From Patescibacteria group bacterium (GTDB taxonomy: Bacteria > Patescibacteriota > Patescibacteriia > UBA1558 > GWA2-36-10): DNA of 64,000 nt. Shown in pieces: positions 20,256-30,573 of this stretch. The notes below the pieces were generated by a model. That model searched no databases. It was not told the DNA's origin and worked only from the letters and a program-made list of their open reading frames with translations. Within the stretch, counting starts at the first letter, position 1; every line of letters begins with the position of its first letter. A program made the translations under genes and the position numbers. The DNA lies in contig JBAZKN010000001.1 of NCBI GenBank assembly GCA_041650755.1, forward strand, positions 238,886 through 302,885, given 5' to 3'.

Positions 20256-21096
20256 GCGGTTTATTTATTTCTGTTAATAATTGCTCTATACGCTGCGCAT
20301 CCCAGCCCAGGTTGGCAAATTGGGGTTGAGCTAAAGCCAAAAGCAGGGTAGCTTTGGCTGGGCCGGTTAATTTATCGCTTCTGATCATTGTCTCAAGATC
20401 TGCCAAATTAATTTCGGCAAATTGCTTGGAGTCAACTGTTGGCATTTGATTATCAACCTCAGCATACATGGCGATATCATGCAAGGAGTAGTGTTGATCA
20501 TAGATCCGCTCCACACCAACACTGACGAGCTCCGGTATTTCCAAACCCAATTTTCTCCTAAATCTGTCTTTGGCTGTCGCAAATGGATCGGCATTTTCGA
20601 AGTCCGGATTTAGCACCCCGCCCGGCGCATCTATCTTGCCACCCTCTTCTTGAGAGGCTGATGGCCGAACACTCAAATAAAAACAGTTTCTCGATCGATC
20701 ATAGACCACGCCGCAAATTGACAAAGCGCCATATTTTTCACCAAAGGTGGCTGGGTTTTCCTGGCGCAGCTGATGAGCGGCAAAGTAAACAAAATAATGT
20801 AAACGTTCGGCATCGATTACCATTTTGCCATCCTCTGCCGATCTAAAAATTGGGTTACCTAAAAGTACGCCATTGAAAGTTCCGGGTGAGTCAATTTGGA
20901 AATCTCTCGCTTTCTTAATTATTTCCCTCAAATCCTTTAGGTCAGGAAAGGCTGTCCGGACTGATAAATCTTTTTCGGGAAAATGTAAATCAATTTCTCT
21001 ATAAACCTCGCCCAAGGGCGTTTCAAAGCTAATACCCATTTTTGGCGGCTCTGGCGTCTCTTGAGTTTTATCTACTGCCATATATTCTGCTTCCAT
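20239..21096 (-). CDS. Hypothetical protein (285 aa) inside the glycan operon
   Basis: No confident family assignment. There is a weak Nudix-box-like stretch (GGKIDAPGGVLNPDFE...RFRRKLGLE). Confidence 0.4.
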   Translation of the reverse strand: MEAEYMAVDKTQETPEPPKMGISFETPLGEVYREIDLHFPEKDLSVRTAFPDLKDLREIIKKARDFQIDSPGTFNGVLLGNPIFRSAEDGKMVIDAERLHYFVYFAAHQLRQENPATFGEKYGALSICGVVYDRSRNCFYLSVRPSASQEEGGKIDAPGGVLNPDFENADPFATAKDRFRRKLGLEIPELVSVGVERIYDQHYSLHDIAMYAEVDNQMPTVDSKQFAEINLADLETMIRSDKLTGPAKATLLLALAQPQFANLGWDAQRIEQLLTEINKPHDNKE

Positions 21097-21103
21097 AAAT
21101 CCT

Positions 21104-22057
21104 CTATTTAATTTTATAATATTCTCTCATCCAGTCAATAGTCTTTTTTACTCCGTCTTCAAGTTTGATGGTCAGTTTGTGATCCAGGTCTTTGACGGCC
21201 TTGGAAATATCGACTTTTTTGGATTTGGTAGTCAAAATCTCCGTATCCCGATACTCTATCAGTTTTTTATCAGCGCCGGTATAATCCCAAATAATGTTGA
21301 CCAAGGTCTCGATGTCGTGGTATTCCAAGCCACCGATATTATAGACTTCACCGGGTTTGAACTTATCTATAATATTACATAAAGTCCGGCAAGTATCCTC
21401 CAAATAAGTAGATGTCCGATAATGGCCGCGATGCACCACTACCGGCAAACCATGCAAAGCGTGGTAGCAAAATTTGCAATTCACACTGCGGTAAGGATGA
21501 TACCACTCGCCCGGTCCATAAGTATTAAACAATCTGACAACCACTGTCTCTGTTTTGTGCTGGGCCGCTGAGTTTCTGATTTGCATTTCATTCACCCATT
21601 TGCTCATGGCATAATCATTGAGCTGCTTGATTTCAGTCTGGTCCATCACCTCCTCTTTCATCAGCTCTTCATAATCGCCATAAACCTCCGATGAAGAAAA
21701 GTGTATCAATTTAAATTTTAATTTTTCCTGCAAGCGAATAATGTTTTTCGTGCCAATGGCATTGGAATGCCAAACCTGCTCATAATAATCTTCTCCATTC
21801 CAGCGGCCAAATTCAGCGGCTGTATGATAAACAAAATCAAAAGGGCCATATTTAGCAAAAACCCTTTCCAATTGCCTAAAATTACCCACATCGCAACGCG
21901 CATAATAACTTTTGGCTTTGGACATTTCGTGCTCCCAGCCGACTTCTCCCAAGCTATGATACAAATCTATGCCAAAAACATCATGGCCCTTGTCAGCCAA
22001 CATCTTGACTAAATATGAGCCAACCACTCCTTTGCTGCCGGTGACTAAAATTTTCAT
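21104..22057 (-). CDS. NAD-dependent sugar epimerase/dehydratase (extended SDR)
   Basis: MKILVTGSKGVVGSYLV is a Rossmann-type motif, consistent with an extended-SDR sugar enzyme. Confidence 0.8.
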   Translation of the reverse strand: MKILVTGSKGVVGSYLVKMLADKGHDVFGIDLYHSLGEVGWEHEMSKAKSYYARCDVGNFRQLERVFAKYGPFDFVYHTAAEFGRWNGEDYYEQVWHSNAIGTKNIIRLQEKLKFKLIHFSSSEVYGDYEELMKEEVMDQTEIKQLNDYAMSKWVNEMQIRNSAAQHKTETVVVRLFNTYGPGEWYHPYRSVNCKFCYHALHGLPVVVHRGHYRTSTYLEDTCRTLCNIIDKFKPGEVYNIGGLEYHDIETLVNIIWDYTGADKKLIEYRDTEILTTKSKKVDISKAVKDLDHKLTIKLEDGVKKTIDWMREYYKIK

Positions 22058-22094
22058 AATATTATTTTAAAAATTTATTAACTATTTTTTCAAG

Positions 22095-22907
22095 CTATTT
22101 TCTGGTGGCGCTGACAACCAAATGCCTGCCCCAAAAACAATTTCTATCCGAAAAAAATTTCTCCAAATTGATAATGGCTCGTTGGCTAATTTTGATGTGT
22201 AATAAAATCTTCAACAAAAATTCAAACCAGCGCGGCCCATCAATAAAAGATACCGACTTGAATTCTATTATTTTCAAGCTATTGGCTTCCAGCCATTGAC
22301 GCAGCGAATCGCGGCTAAATTCTCGGACATGGGCATCGCCATGCTGGGCCAACTCTTCTTTGGAAAAAACATTGATCGGTTTGAATTTTCTTACCCCCAA
22401 TAAACGCAAAAATCTGCCCCAGACAGTGGCGTCAGCATTGAGATTTGGTACGGTGATCAACAATAAGCCGCTTGGTTTTAATACTCGGAGTAGCTCCCGC
22501 AAAGCCACATCTTTATCAAACACGTGCTCTAATACCTCGGCGCAAATAATTTTATCAAAAGTAGCCTCAGCAAAAGGTATATTTTCTACGTCGCCTTTGG
22601 CAAAGTGCAAATTATGAAAACCATTTTCATTTTTGTACTGATCAGCCATATCAATAAAATTCTGGGCAATATCAATACCATGGCCAGTACCAATCTGCCC
22701 AGCCAGCTGAAACAGCTGCTTACCGGCAGCACAGCCGCAATCCAAAACCACATCACTTTTTTGCGGATGCAAAAATTTGACGATAAAGCATTCGCGCAAA
22801 TAATTGGTCAAACCTATCCTATAAGTGGGTTGAAATTTGTAGCCCAAATACGACGCCTTGCCCTTACCAAAGTCTTCCCACATTTTTTCATAAGACTGCT
22901 GAAGCAT
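22095..22907 (-). CDS. Class I SAM-dependent methyltransferase
   Basis: VLDCGCAAGKQL is motif I; LKPSGLLLITVPN follows it. Confidence 0.8.
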   Translation of the reverse strand: MLQQSYEKMWEDFGKGKASYLGYKFQPTYRIGLTNYLRECFIVKFLHPQKSDVVLDCGCAAGKQLFQLAGQIGTGHGIDIAQNFIDMADQYKNENGFHNLHFAKGDVENIPFAEATFDKIICAEVLEHVFDKDVALRELLRVLKPSGLLLITVPNLNADATVWGRFLRLLGVRKFKPINVFSKEELAQHGDAHVREFSRDSLRQWLEANSLKIIEFKSVSFIDGPRWFEFLLKILLHIKISQRAIINLEKFFSDRNCFWGRHLVVSATRK

Positions 22908-22910
22908 AGT

Positions 22911-24017
22911 TTATTTTAATTTGGCTAAATATTCATTCATCTTTCTACCGATAATTTCCCAGGTCAAATTATTTTTGACAAACTCAATTGCCCTATCGCC
23001 CATGGCCATTCTTTCTTCTTTGCTCATCTTGTATACCTTATATAGACTCTCTTCCAGCTCTTTGACCACATCATCAGTCCCAATCACCAGACAAACATCC
23101 TTGCCCAACAAGAGCTCTTCGACTGGACCAACATTGGTCAAAATATTGACTATGCCGGTAGCCAAATATTCCGGCAATTTGGCCGGATAGGCATATTCAG
23201 TCATCATGATGCCGCTGGGGCGAGCCAAGACCAAGACATCTGATTGATTGATGATATCGTTGACCAAATGATGCTCAATATTATGATGCATGACAGTTTC
23301 TGCCTCCAAATCATTTTCGCGGATCAGTTTTCTGGTCTCTTCTGGATCTTCGCTGGTCACCAGATTGAGCTTAAAAGGAAAAAGTTTTTTCTGTTTAATA
23401 TTTTTGGCCGCTCGGCACAAAAGATCAAGGCCCTGATATGAGCGGGCATTACCCATGTAGCCAATAAACAGATAATCATGGTTTTGATATTCAGCTCTTT
23501 GAAATTCTGCCAAATCCACACCGCCGTATATCACTTCTATATTTTTATTGACATCTTTATAATAATCTTTCAGTTTACCGGACACGACAAACAGCAAATC
23601 ATAAAAACGCAAGAAAAATTTTATCATAATTTTCCTCATTATCATGGTTTTTTTGTCTATATAGCCATGATAGTATGGTTCTTCAAAGTCCAGACCGTGC
23701 AAATCTATGACGATTTTTACCCCCAACAAAAGCTTCAAAATAACCAAGAGCTTGATATTGGTGCCAGTACCACTCATCACAATGCCAATTTTTTTGTCTT
23801 TTATTATTTTTTTGAAGAATAGGAATTTCTTGAAAGGGTTCACTTTCGGAATTTCAAAAAAATTATCAGCAAAATCTTTGTGGCCGGTCTGGGCGCAAAC
23901 CCAAATATTATTGGCTTTTTGGATTTGTAAAATAAATTTATAAATCCGTAAAGGCGTGCCCCGCATAGGATTGTCCAACTTGACGCTGGAAACAAATAAA
24001 ACATTCTTGCGTTCCAT
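22911..24017 (-). CDS. Glycosyltransferase family 4 (GT-B)
   Basis: Two-Rossmann GT-B architecture with a C-terminal GT4-type region. Confidence 0.65.
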   Translation of the reverse strand: MERKNVLFVSSVKLDNPMRGTPLRIYKFILQIQKANNIWVCAQTGHKDFADNFFEIPKVNPFKKFLFFKKIIKDKKIGIVMSGTGTNIKLLVILKLLLGVKIVIDLHGLDFEEPYYHGYIDKKTMIMRKIMIKFFLRFYDLLFVVSGKLKDYYKDVNKNIEVIYGGVDLAEFQRAEYQNHDYLFIGYMGNARSYQGLDLLCRAAKNIKQKKLFPFKLNLVTSEDPEETRKLIRENDLEAETVMHHNIEHHLVNDIINQSDVLVLARPSGIMMTEYAYPAKLPEYLATGIVNILTNVGPVEELLLGKDVCLVIGTDDVVKELEESLYKVYKMSKEERMAMGDRAIEFVKNNLTWEIIGRKMNEYLAKLK

Positions 24018-24022
24018 ACTTT

Positions 24023-25399
24023 TTACATTAATTTCGATTTAATAAACTTAAACGCTTTTTTAAATATTTTGGGATTCAAAAAATAAAATCTGCCAAACTT
24101 AAATCTATTTTTATAATGCCAGCGATAGATTCTGGCTATAGTAGGGTGTTGTTCGACACCCACTCGACCAGCATATTTTTCTAAATTTTCCCAATCAAAA
24201 TCTTTGCCTTCTTGCTCTCTTAGCATCTCATAAAGCTGTGTGCCAAAATAAGGGATAGGCAAAGCCGGCTCAACCATAGTGGTTAAATTATTATCGGCCA
24301 AAAATTTCTCCGTCTCTCTGATAGTCTGTTTATCTTCACCCGGCAGATTGATAATAGAATACAAGCCAATCACTATGCCGTGCCTTTTTAAAATATCAAC
24401 ACACTTCTTGGTCTGTTCCATGGTGGTTTTCTTATCGGCTTTGTCTAGTACTTTCTGCGAACCGCTTTCAAAACCAACATTGATGCGCACGCAACCCGCC
24501 TGTTTCATCTTGATAAGCAATTCCTCATCAAGGTCGCTCACCCTGGCGTTGCATCCCCATTTGATGTCTATTTTCTCCTCAATCAGCAGATCGCAAATTT
24601 TTCTCACTCTAGCCTTATCAATCACGAATTCCCAATCCTGAAAATAAATGCCCTTGACCCCAAAATTATTGACTAAATATTTTATCTCTGCCAGCACGCT
24701 CTCCGGACTACGGGTAATGTAAAACTTATCCATCATTACCTTCAAGCAATAAGTGCAATTAAAGGGACAGCCGCGCGAACTCAAGATGATAGAAAATGGC
24801 TGGGGAATATCGCCGAAAGTGTAGCGATACTTATCCATCGGCAGCATATCATAAGCTGGAATTGGCAAGGCGTCTAAATTTCTGTTGCGTTCAGCCGGTG
24901 GATTATTGATCACCCGGCCGTCTTTGATATAAGAAATGCCCGCAACCCGGCTGACATCACCCTGCTCTGCCAAAGTTTTGACCAAGTCTAATACTATAAG
25001 CTCCGGCTCATTGCGCACCACAAAATTGACTTTGCTCTTTTCCAAAATCCACTCTGGCATGACTGAGCCATGCGCGCCAGTCAAAATAATACACGGGATT
25101 TTGGCAGCTTCAATAGTTTTGACTATATTGCCCACCAAAAGCTTGATATGGGCATGGGACGGCACTTCCCAGCGATCAACCGGCGTAGAAGTTAAAATCA
25201 AAATCTCGGGATTAAACCGCTTAATTTCTTCAATAGTATCTTCTAAGCTAAGATTCAAAACATTGGCATCCAATAATTTCACCTCATGATCGGGCTTGAG
25301 CAAGCTAGCGATATAAGCCAAAGCCAAAGGCTGCCTCTTGCGAGACATTTTAGTCAGCTTTCCTGAAAACAAGAATGGATTTAAAATAAATATCCTCAT
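24023..25399 (-). CDS. B12-binding radical SAM protein (class B rSAM)
   Basis: N-terminal cobalamin-binding Rossmann region, then SSRGCPFNCTYC (CX3CX2C). Confidence 0.8.
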   Translation of the reverse strand: MRIFILNPFLFSGKLTKMSRKRQPLALAYIASLLKPDHEVKLLDANVLNLSLEDTIEEIKRFNPEILILTSTPVDRWEVPSHAHIKLLVGNIVKTIEAAKIPCIILTGAHGSVMPEWILEKSKVNFVVRNEPELIVLDLVKTLAEQGDVSRVAGISYIKDGRVINNPPAERNRNLDALPIPAYDMLPMDKYRYTFGDIPQPFSIILSSRGCPFNCTYCLKVMMDKFYITRSPESVLAEIKYLVNNFGVKGIYFQDWEFVIDKARVRKICDLLIEEKIDIKWGCNARVSDLDEELLIKMKQAGCVRINVGFESGSQKVLDKADKKTTMEQTKKCVDILKRHGIVIGLYSIINLPGEDKQTIRETEKFLADNNLTTMVEPALPIPYFGTQLYEMLREQEGKDFDWENLEKYAGRVGVEQHPTIARIYRWHYKNRFKFGRFYFLNPKIFKKAFKFIKSKLM

Positions 25400-25404
25400 A
25401 AAAA

Positions 25405-26565
25405 CTAGTGCATAAACTCAAGAATGTTTTTTGCCCTATTGAGCCAGCTATATCCGCTCACTTCGGCCAAAGCGACTTTGGATATTCTAACACTTAAATC
25501 ATCATTTAGCAATGCTCTTTGGATGCCAGTTGCCAAAGAATCTGCTTGGTCTGGCAAGAAGAAAATACAGTTCTTTTCCTGCAAAATTTCCCTGATTGAG
25601 GGTAGGTCGCTGGCTACAATTGGTCGGCCAGCTGCCATGTATTCGAACAACTTTAAGGGCGAGGTATAAAGTCGGGAAATTTCCTCTCGGCTGGAATTGG
25701 GCAAGACCAAAACATCAGCCGCCCTCAGATATAAAGGCACCTGATAATGTGGTTTGCGACCAACCACTAAGACGTTGGCCTGCTGTTTATTTTTTTCTTG
25801 AAAAGAGGCAATGTCTTTATCGGTGCCACCGATAAAAACTACCAAAACATCCGGGGGTAAAAGCTTGGCTGCCTCAGCCAAAACTTGCGCTCCCTTCCAG
25901 CTATAAAGATGCCCGGAATAAAGAGCTATCTTTTTATCAAGTGGCAAATCTAATTTTTGCCTGGCCTGCTGTTTATTTTCTTGGACGTGACAAAATTTAT
26001 CAAGATTGACGCCATCATGAGCCACCAAAATCTTATCCTCCTTAATACCGATGCTGATCAGATCCTCTTTTAATTTATGATTAATGGTGACTAGTCCAGC
26101 GCAACGCTGCCAATACTTTTTATAATAATTTTTATTCTGGGGAATATTGTGAGCTTCCCAATAAACTTTGCTAAAAAATAATTGCAAAACCGGCAATAAA
26201 TATTCATCGCGGGTATAAATCACTGCCTCTTTTTTATTTTTTAAAAACAGACAATAAAAAAATATTTTTATAACAAACAATAGACCTTCAATTTTTATAT
26301 AGGTGCCTTTGGGAAATTTTAATAAAAATACCGGATCGAAAATAGCTAGAGTCTTGATCTTAAAATTTTTGGCTACCCGATAATAAACAAAGGGGTCCTT
26401 ATTTTCCACGCCTTCATTTTTGCGGCTAGGCACCAGCAACTCCAAATCAGCTCCATGATGAGCAAAAGATTGGCACATTTCCATGATCTGCATGCCATGA
26501 GCTTTTTCAGTCGGTATGCGGACGTTGGCGAAAAATAAAATCTTATTAGTCATTTTTTTGAGCAA
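25405..26565 (-). CDS. Glycosyltransferase family 4
   Basis: C-terminal GT4 region (VVGRKPHYQVPLYLRAADVLVLPN...EYMAAGRPIVASD). Confidence 0.7.
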   Translation of the reverse strand: MLKKMTNKILFFANVRIPTEKAHGMQIMEMCQSFAHHGADLELLVPSRKNEGVENKDPFVYYRVAKNFKIKTLAIFDPVFLLKFPKGTYIKIEGLLFVIKIFFYCLFLKNKKEAVIYTRDEYLLPVLQLFFSKVYWEAHNIPQNKNYYKKYWQRCAGLVTINHKLKEDLISIGIKEDKILVAHDGVNLDKFCHVQENKQQARQKLDLPLDKKIALYSGHLYSWKGAQVLAEAAKLLPPDVLVVFIGGTDKDIASFQEKNKQQANVLVVGRKPHYQVPLYLRAADVLVLPNSSREEISRLYTSPLKLFEYMAAGRPIVASDLPSIREILQEKNCIFFLPDQADSLATGIQRALLNDDLSVRISKVALAEVSGYSWLNRAKNILEFMH

Positions 26566-27196
26566 TAAAAAAGAAACCCAAAGGATAGCGCTGGCGCATC
26601 TTTGGTTTTATTTTTAAAAATAACTTATCCAACAAATAATAGGGGTAAAAAAGTACTACTCTCAAAATACGAGGCAAGAGAATCATGATGTTATTATAAT
26701 TGGCTGACCACGGCCCAAAACCAAGAGCAGTAATTTTTATCTGGCTAAATTTTGCCTGCTGAAGCATTTTTTCTAGAGCTTCGTGGCTATAACGAAAATA
26801 ATCGTGTGGATCCGGGTGATAATTAATGATAAATGGCACAAAGCCGATCAACTGGCCAGTCGGCTTTAATACTCGGCTGATTTCTGCCAAAAGAAAATTA
26901 TGATTATAAATATGCTCCAAAATATTAAAAGCTAATGCCTGATCAACCGAACAGTCAGCAAATGGCAAGGCATCCCGCTCCAAATCCAAGCGCTGATCGG
27001 CTTTGATATCTAAATCCAAATTTATTATTTTGGCATCTTCCATTTTATTCAAAAAACGAAAATAGCTGGAACCAGCGCCGCCGCCAATGTCCAAAACCAA
27101 ACCATGAACAGTAAATTTTTTTAAATGCAGATTGAGCAGAGCGCGCATCAATGATTTGCCCCTGCAAACCTGTTTTAATAATTCCCCACTTAACAT
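26546..27196 (-). CDS. Class I SAM-dependent methyltransferase
   Basis: VLDIGGGAGSSYF is motif I; LKPTGQLIGFVPF follows it. Confidence 0.75.
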   Translation of the reverse strand: MLSGELLKQVCRGKSLMRALLNLHLKKFTVHGLVLDIGGGAGSSYFRFLNKMEDAKIINLDLDIKADQRLDLERDALPFADCSVDQALAFNILEHIYNHNFLLAEISRVLKPTGQLIGFVPFIINYHPDPHDYFRYSHEALEKMLQQAKFSQIKITALGFGPWSANYNNIMILLPRILRVVLFYPYYLLDKLFLKIKPKMRQRYPLGFFFIAQKND

Positions 27197-27197
27197 A

Positions 27198-28382
27198 TTA
27201 ATTTTTGGCTATCAAATTATATAAATTTTGATAAATCAATGATATCTGTGACCAGGAAAACTTTTCAGCAATCAGTGCCCTAGCACCATTGCCCAGGGTT
27301 TGCCGCCAGACCAGATTTTTAGCTAGATCAATAATCGCTTCGGCTAACTGCTGCTTATCATTGGGAGCAAGCACCAAACCATTGACTTTATCCTGAATTA
27401 TTTTTTCTACACCCTGGTAATCCCCTACTATCACCGGCAGAGCAAAGGCCATAGCTTCCAAAGTAGACAAGCCAATGCTTTCTGAAGAAAAATCTGGCGG
27501 ATAAGATAGGACTGAAGAAAATATATCAATTACCGCCAAGATCTCCGGCACATCACCGCGGGGCCCCAAAAAAATTACTTGATCATTATTTAGCCCCAGA
27601 TCTTTGGCCAGCTGCCGCAAATTTGGCTCTTCAATGCCCCCACCGGCTATCAATAAAACTAAATTTTTTATCTCCTTGAGGGCAATAGCTAAAGCTCTAA
27701 TTAAATTAGCTTGTCCTTTCCAAGGCAGCAAGCGGGCGACAGACAAAACTACTGTTTTACCGGCATCTGTGCCAAGTGATTGCCGCTTGGCTTCTAAATC
27801 AATTTTTGCCTGGATTATTTTCGCTCCTTCAAGATCGACTCCATTAAATATGGTGTAAGAATTGTATTGCAATTTTTCTGTGGCTGAAGAAAAAAAGTTG
27901 CAACGGGAAAAAATTTCTTGCTCGACTTCCGGTGAATAACAAATAGTCAAACGAACAAATTTTCTCAATATTTTGGTCAGCCATCTGACCTTAAAAGAAT
28001 AAAATTTGTGGGTATTATGTTCATGAATAATAATCTGCCTAATGCCGGCCAAGCGGGCAGCTATCACACCCAGAATCACCGACCAAGGTAAGTGGCAATG
28101 AACTATATCTGGTTTGACCTTTCTCAAAAATACAAACAAATCATAGATCCTGACTAAAGTATTTCTTTTATCAGACATGGCCACAAAATCAAAACCATGT
28201 TGGGCAGCGACCCTCTGGGCATCATAATATTTATTGGTCTTTAAATCGTCTTGCCGCAAACTACAAACTGTCACGGCAAATTTATTTTTATCTAGATAAG
28301 TCGCCAAATCCAAAACCATCTTCTGGGCTCCGCCAAACAAGAAAGTGTTTATCAAATAAATAATTTTTATTTTTCTATCCAT
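27198..28382 (-). CDS. Glycosyltransferase family 4
   Basis: LSVARLLPWKGQANLIRA...FLGPRGD...EAMAFALPVIVGD. Confidence 0.75.
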   Translation of the reverse strand: MDRKIKIIYLINTFLFGGAQKMVLDLATYLDKNKFAVTVCSLRQDDLKTNKYYDAQRVAAQHGFDFVAMSDKRNTLVRIYDLFVFLRKVKPDIVHCHLPWSVILGVIAARLAGIRQIIIHEHNTHKFYSFKVRWLTKILRKFVRLTICYSPEVEQEIFSRCNFFSSATEKLQYNSYTIFNGVDLEGAKIIQAKIDLEAKRQSLGTDAGKTVVLSVARLLPWKGQANLIRALAIALKEIKNLVLLIAGGGIEEPNLRQLAKDLGLNNDQVIFLGPRGDVPEILAVIDIFSSVLSYPPDFSSESIGLSTLEAMAFALPVIVGDYQGVEKIIQDKVNGLVLAPNDKQQLAEAIIDLAKNLVWRQTLGNGARALIAEKFSWSQISLIYQNLYNLIAKN

Positions 28383-28402
28383 ATCGACAGACCAAATGCC
28401 AC

Positions 28403-29437
28403 TCAGTCAAATAATCGCACTATTTTTTTGACCAATTGATCTAAGCGGTGATTATTTACGACATATTGCCGTAAAGCTAGGCCAAGAGCTTTTCTGTCTA
28501 TTTCCTCTAGCCGCATGACTTTCCCCCTAGCTGCTTGAGGGCTAGAGAGTATCAGCTCTGGGGCTACATTTTGTAAAATCACTCGCCCCGAATCATTACT
28601 AGTAAGAACTAGCGTGCCACAGCTCATGGCTTCCAAAATAGTTTTATCTAAACTACCGGTCACACTAAAATTCAAAAAAATATCTGCCCACTGATAAAGC
28701 GCCGGGGTCTCACAATTGACTATGGAACCCAAAAAAATCACTGCATCCTGCAAGCCTAAGTTATCCACCTGGGCCCGCAGATCAGCCAAATATTTATTAC
28801 CTACCACTAGACTGGGTGCACCGGCTATTTTTAAAATTACTTCTTTCCCCTGACGCCTTAAATCGGCCACCAAATCAATCATTAAATGAATATTTTTGCT
28901 AGCCGAGATCCGGCCAACAGTAAGTAAACGCAAACCTTTGTGTATTTCTTTTTCTCGATAAGCAAAAACATCAGTATCAATACCCTGATGCAAAACAACC
29001 GCCTTCTTACTGGACAGACGAAAGCCCTGACTAGTAGAAGTAACTATTTTATCTACCAAAGCATTGAGTAGGGCTACTTTAAAATTCACTGCCCCGTGAG
29101 CATACCAGGCAATAATTGGTTTCTTAAACAAGCGAGCCCAAGGAGCCAGCATGATGCCATATTCAGGATTCTGATGGGTGAAAACACCGTCAACTTTTGG
29201 TACTAAACTAAAGGCTAATTTTTGCAAACGCCAAAATTCGAGCCAACGATTTTTACCTTTCTCCTTGCCCAAAGAGTGAACGGCCGCATTTTCCGGCAGG
29301 CCGGCTATTTCCCCCTTTTCTAGACAAATAACATCCAAATGATCTACATTGCCAGCAAATTTCTTTACCCAATTATAAGTAAAGCCGGCTAGGCCATCAT
29401 TTTTATCAACTTTTCTGGTGAACATCAATAGACGCAT
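28403..29437 (-). CDS. Glycosyltransferase family 4
   Basis: TVGRISASKNIHLMIDL...EAMSCGTLVLTSN. Confidence 0.7.
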   Translation of the reverse strand: MRLLMFTRKVDKNDGLAGFTYNWVKKFAGNVDHLDVICLEKGEIAGLPENAAVHSLGKEKGKNRWLEFWRLQKLAFSLVPKVDGVFTHQNPEYGIMLAPWARLFKKPIIAWYAHGAVNFKVALLNALVDKIVTSTSQGFRLSSKKAVVLHQGIDTDVFAYREKEIHKGLRLLTVGRISASKNIHLMIDLVADLRRQGKEVILKIAGAPSLVVGNKYLADLRAQVDNLGLQDAVIFLGSIVNCETPALYQWADIFLNFSVTGSLDKTILEAMSCGTLVLTSNDSGRVILQNVAPELILSSPQAARGKVMRLEEIDRKALGLALRQYVVNNHRLDQLVKKIVRLFD

Positions 29438-29439
29438 CT

Positions 29440-30570
29440 TTATAATTTATTATTAATAATGTCAGACCAAAATTCGGCAATTTTTTCTGTATTATCACTA
29501 AATAATTCGCGCACCAATTTTTGGCCATTGAGACCCATGGCCTTACTTTCAGACGCATGCTCAAATAAGTAGATAATTTTTTCTGCCAAAGCTGACGGGT
29601 CGCCAATCGGCACCAAATAACCATTGTAGCCATCCCGCACAATACTTACCGCGCCGGTAGTAGCGGTCGACACTACTGGTTTAGCACAGGCATTGGCTTC
29701 AACCAAAACCTTGCCAAAACTTTCGTTGGTTGAAGACATGACAAATACTGAACACTGGTTGTACTCTGCCGGCAGATCATCGTGATCAACTGCACCCACT
29801 ATATCAATAAAAGGACTATCCTGAACTATTTTTTTTAAATTATTGTACTCTGGCCCCTGACCGATAATCTTTAAATGCAAGTCGGGATATCGCTGAAAAA
29901 TAATTTTAGCAGCCGCAATCAAAGTAGGAAAATCCTTAGCAGCTACCAGTCGCCCCACTGACAAAATATCATGCGGTTTAAAATCAACTTCTGCCAAATT
30001 ATTAAATTTTTCCAAATCTACCGGCGTGGGAATTACGCGAATAATCTTGGTTGGCAAACCAAACTTGATCAGCTTCTCCTTGATGCCTTGACTCATGACC
30101 CGCAGAGCATCTGCCTTGGTCACCGTCCAATGACCCAAGATAAGTAAAAATCTATTTACCCAGGCTTCCTGGCGCCATTGTTCGTTGGCAAAAAAATCTC
30201 CATGAAAATGAATCAATAACTTGCAAGAAAATTTCCTTTTCAGCCAAATACCCACCCAAGCGGTCAAAAACGGATCCTGGGTAAGTACCAGATCGATCTG
30301 ATTTTTTTGACAAATATCCTTGGCTATCAGCCAGGCGTCCCACAAAAAACTGATCGGATTACGAGAATTGGTCGGAAAAATAAAGACATTGTCTGATAAT
30401 TTTTTATTGCCCAGGCGCGAACTTTTTTTAGAATAAGTCACAGAAAATAAATTGGCCACATAAGCACCATAAGCGATATTCCTTTTTTGGGCATCACCAT
30501 AATCGCCGCTATCACTGGCTAGGGTTGGATCCCAAGAAATTGTCAAAATATTATAGGGTAATGATGCCAT
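29440..30570 (-). CDS. Glycosyltransferase family 4
   Basis: LSVGRLVAAKDFPTLIAAAKII...EANACAKPVVST. Confidence 0.75.
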   Translation of the reverse strand: MASLPYNILTISWDPTLASDSGDYGDAQKRNIAYGAYVANLFSVTYSKKSSRLGNKKLSDNVFIFPTNSRNPISFLWDAWLIAKDICQKNQIDLVLTQDPFLTAWVGIWLKRKFSCKLLIHFHGDFFANEQWRQEAWVNRFLLILGHWTVTKADALRVMSQGIKEKLIKFGLPTKIIRVIPTPVDLEKFNNLAEVDFKPHDILSVGRLVAAKDFPTLIAAAKIIFQRYPDLHLKIIGQGPEYNNLKKIVQDSPFIDIVGAVDHDDLPAEYNQCSVFVMSSTNESFGKVLVEANACAKPVVSTATTGAVSIVRDGYNGYLVPIGDPSALAEKIIYLFEHASESKAMGLNGQKLVRELFSDNTEKIAEFWSDIINNKL

Positions 30571-30573
30571 ATA

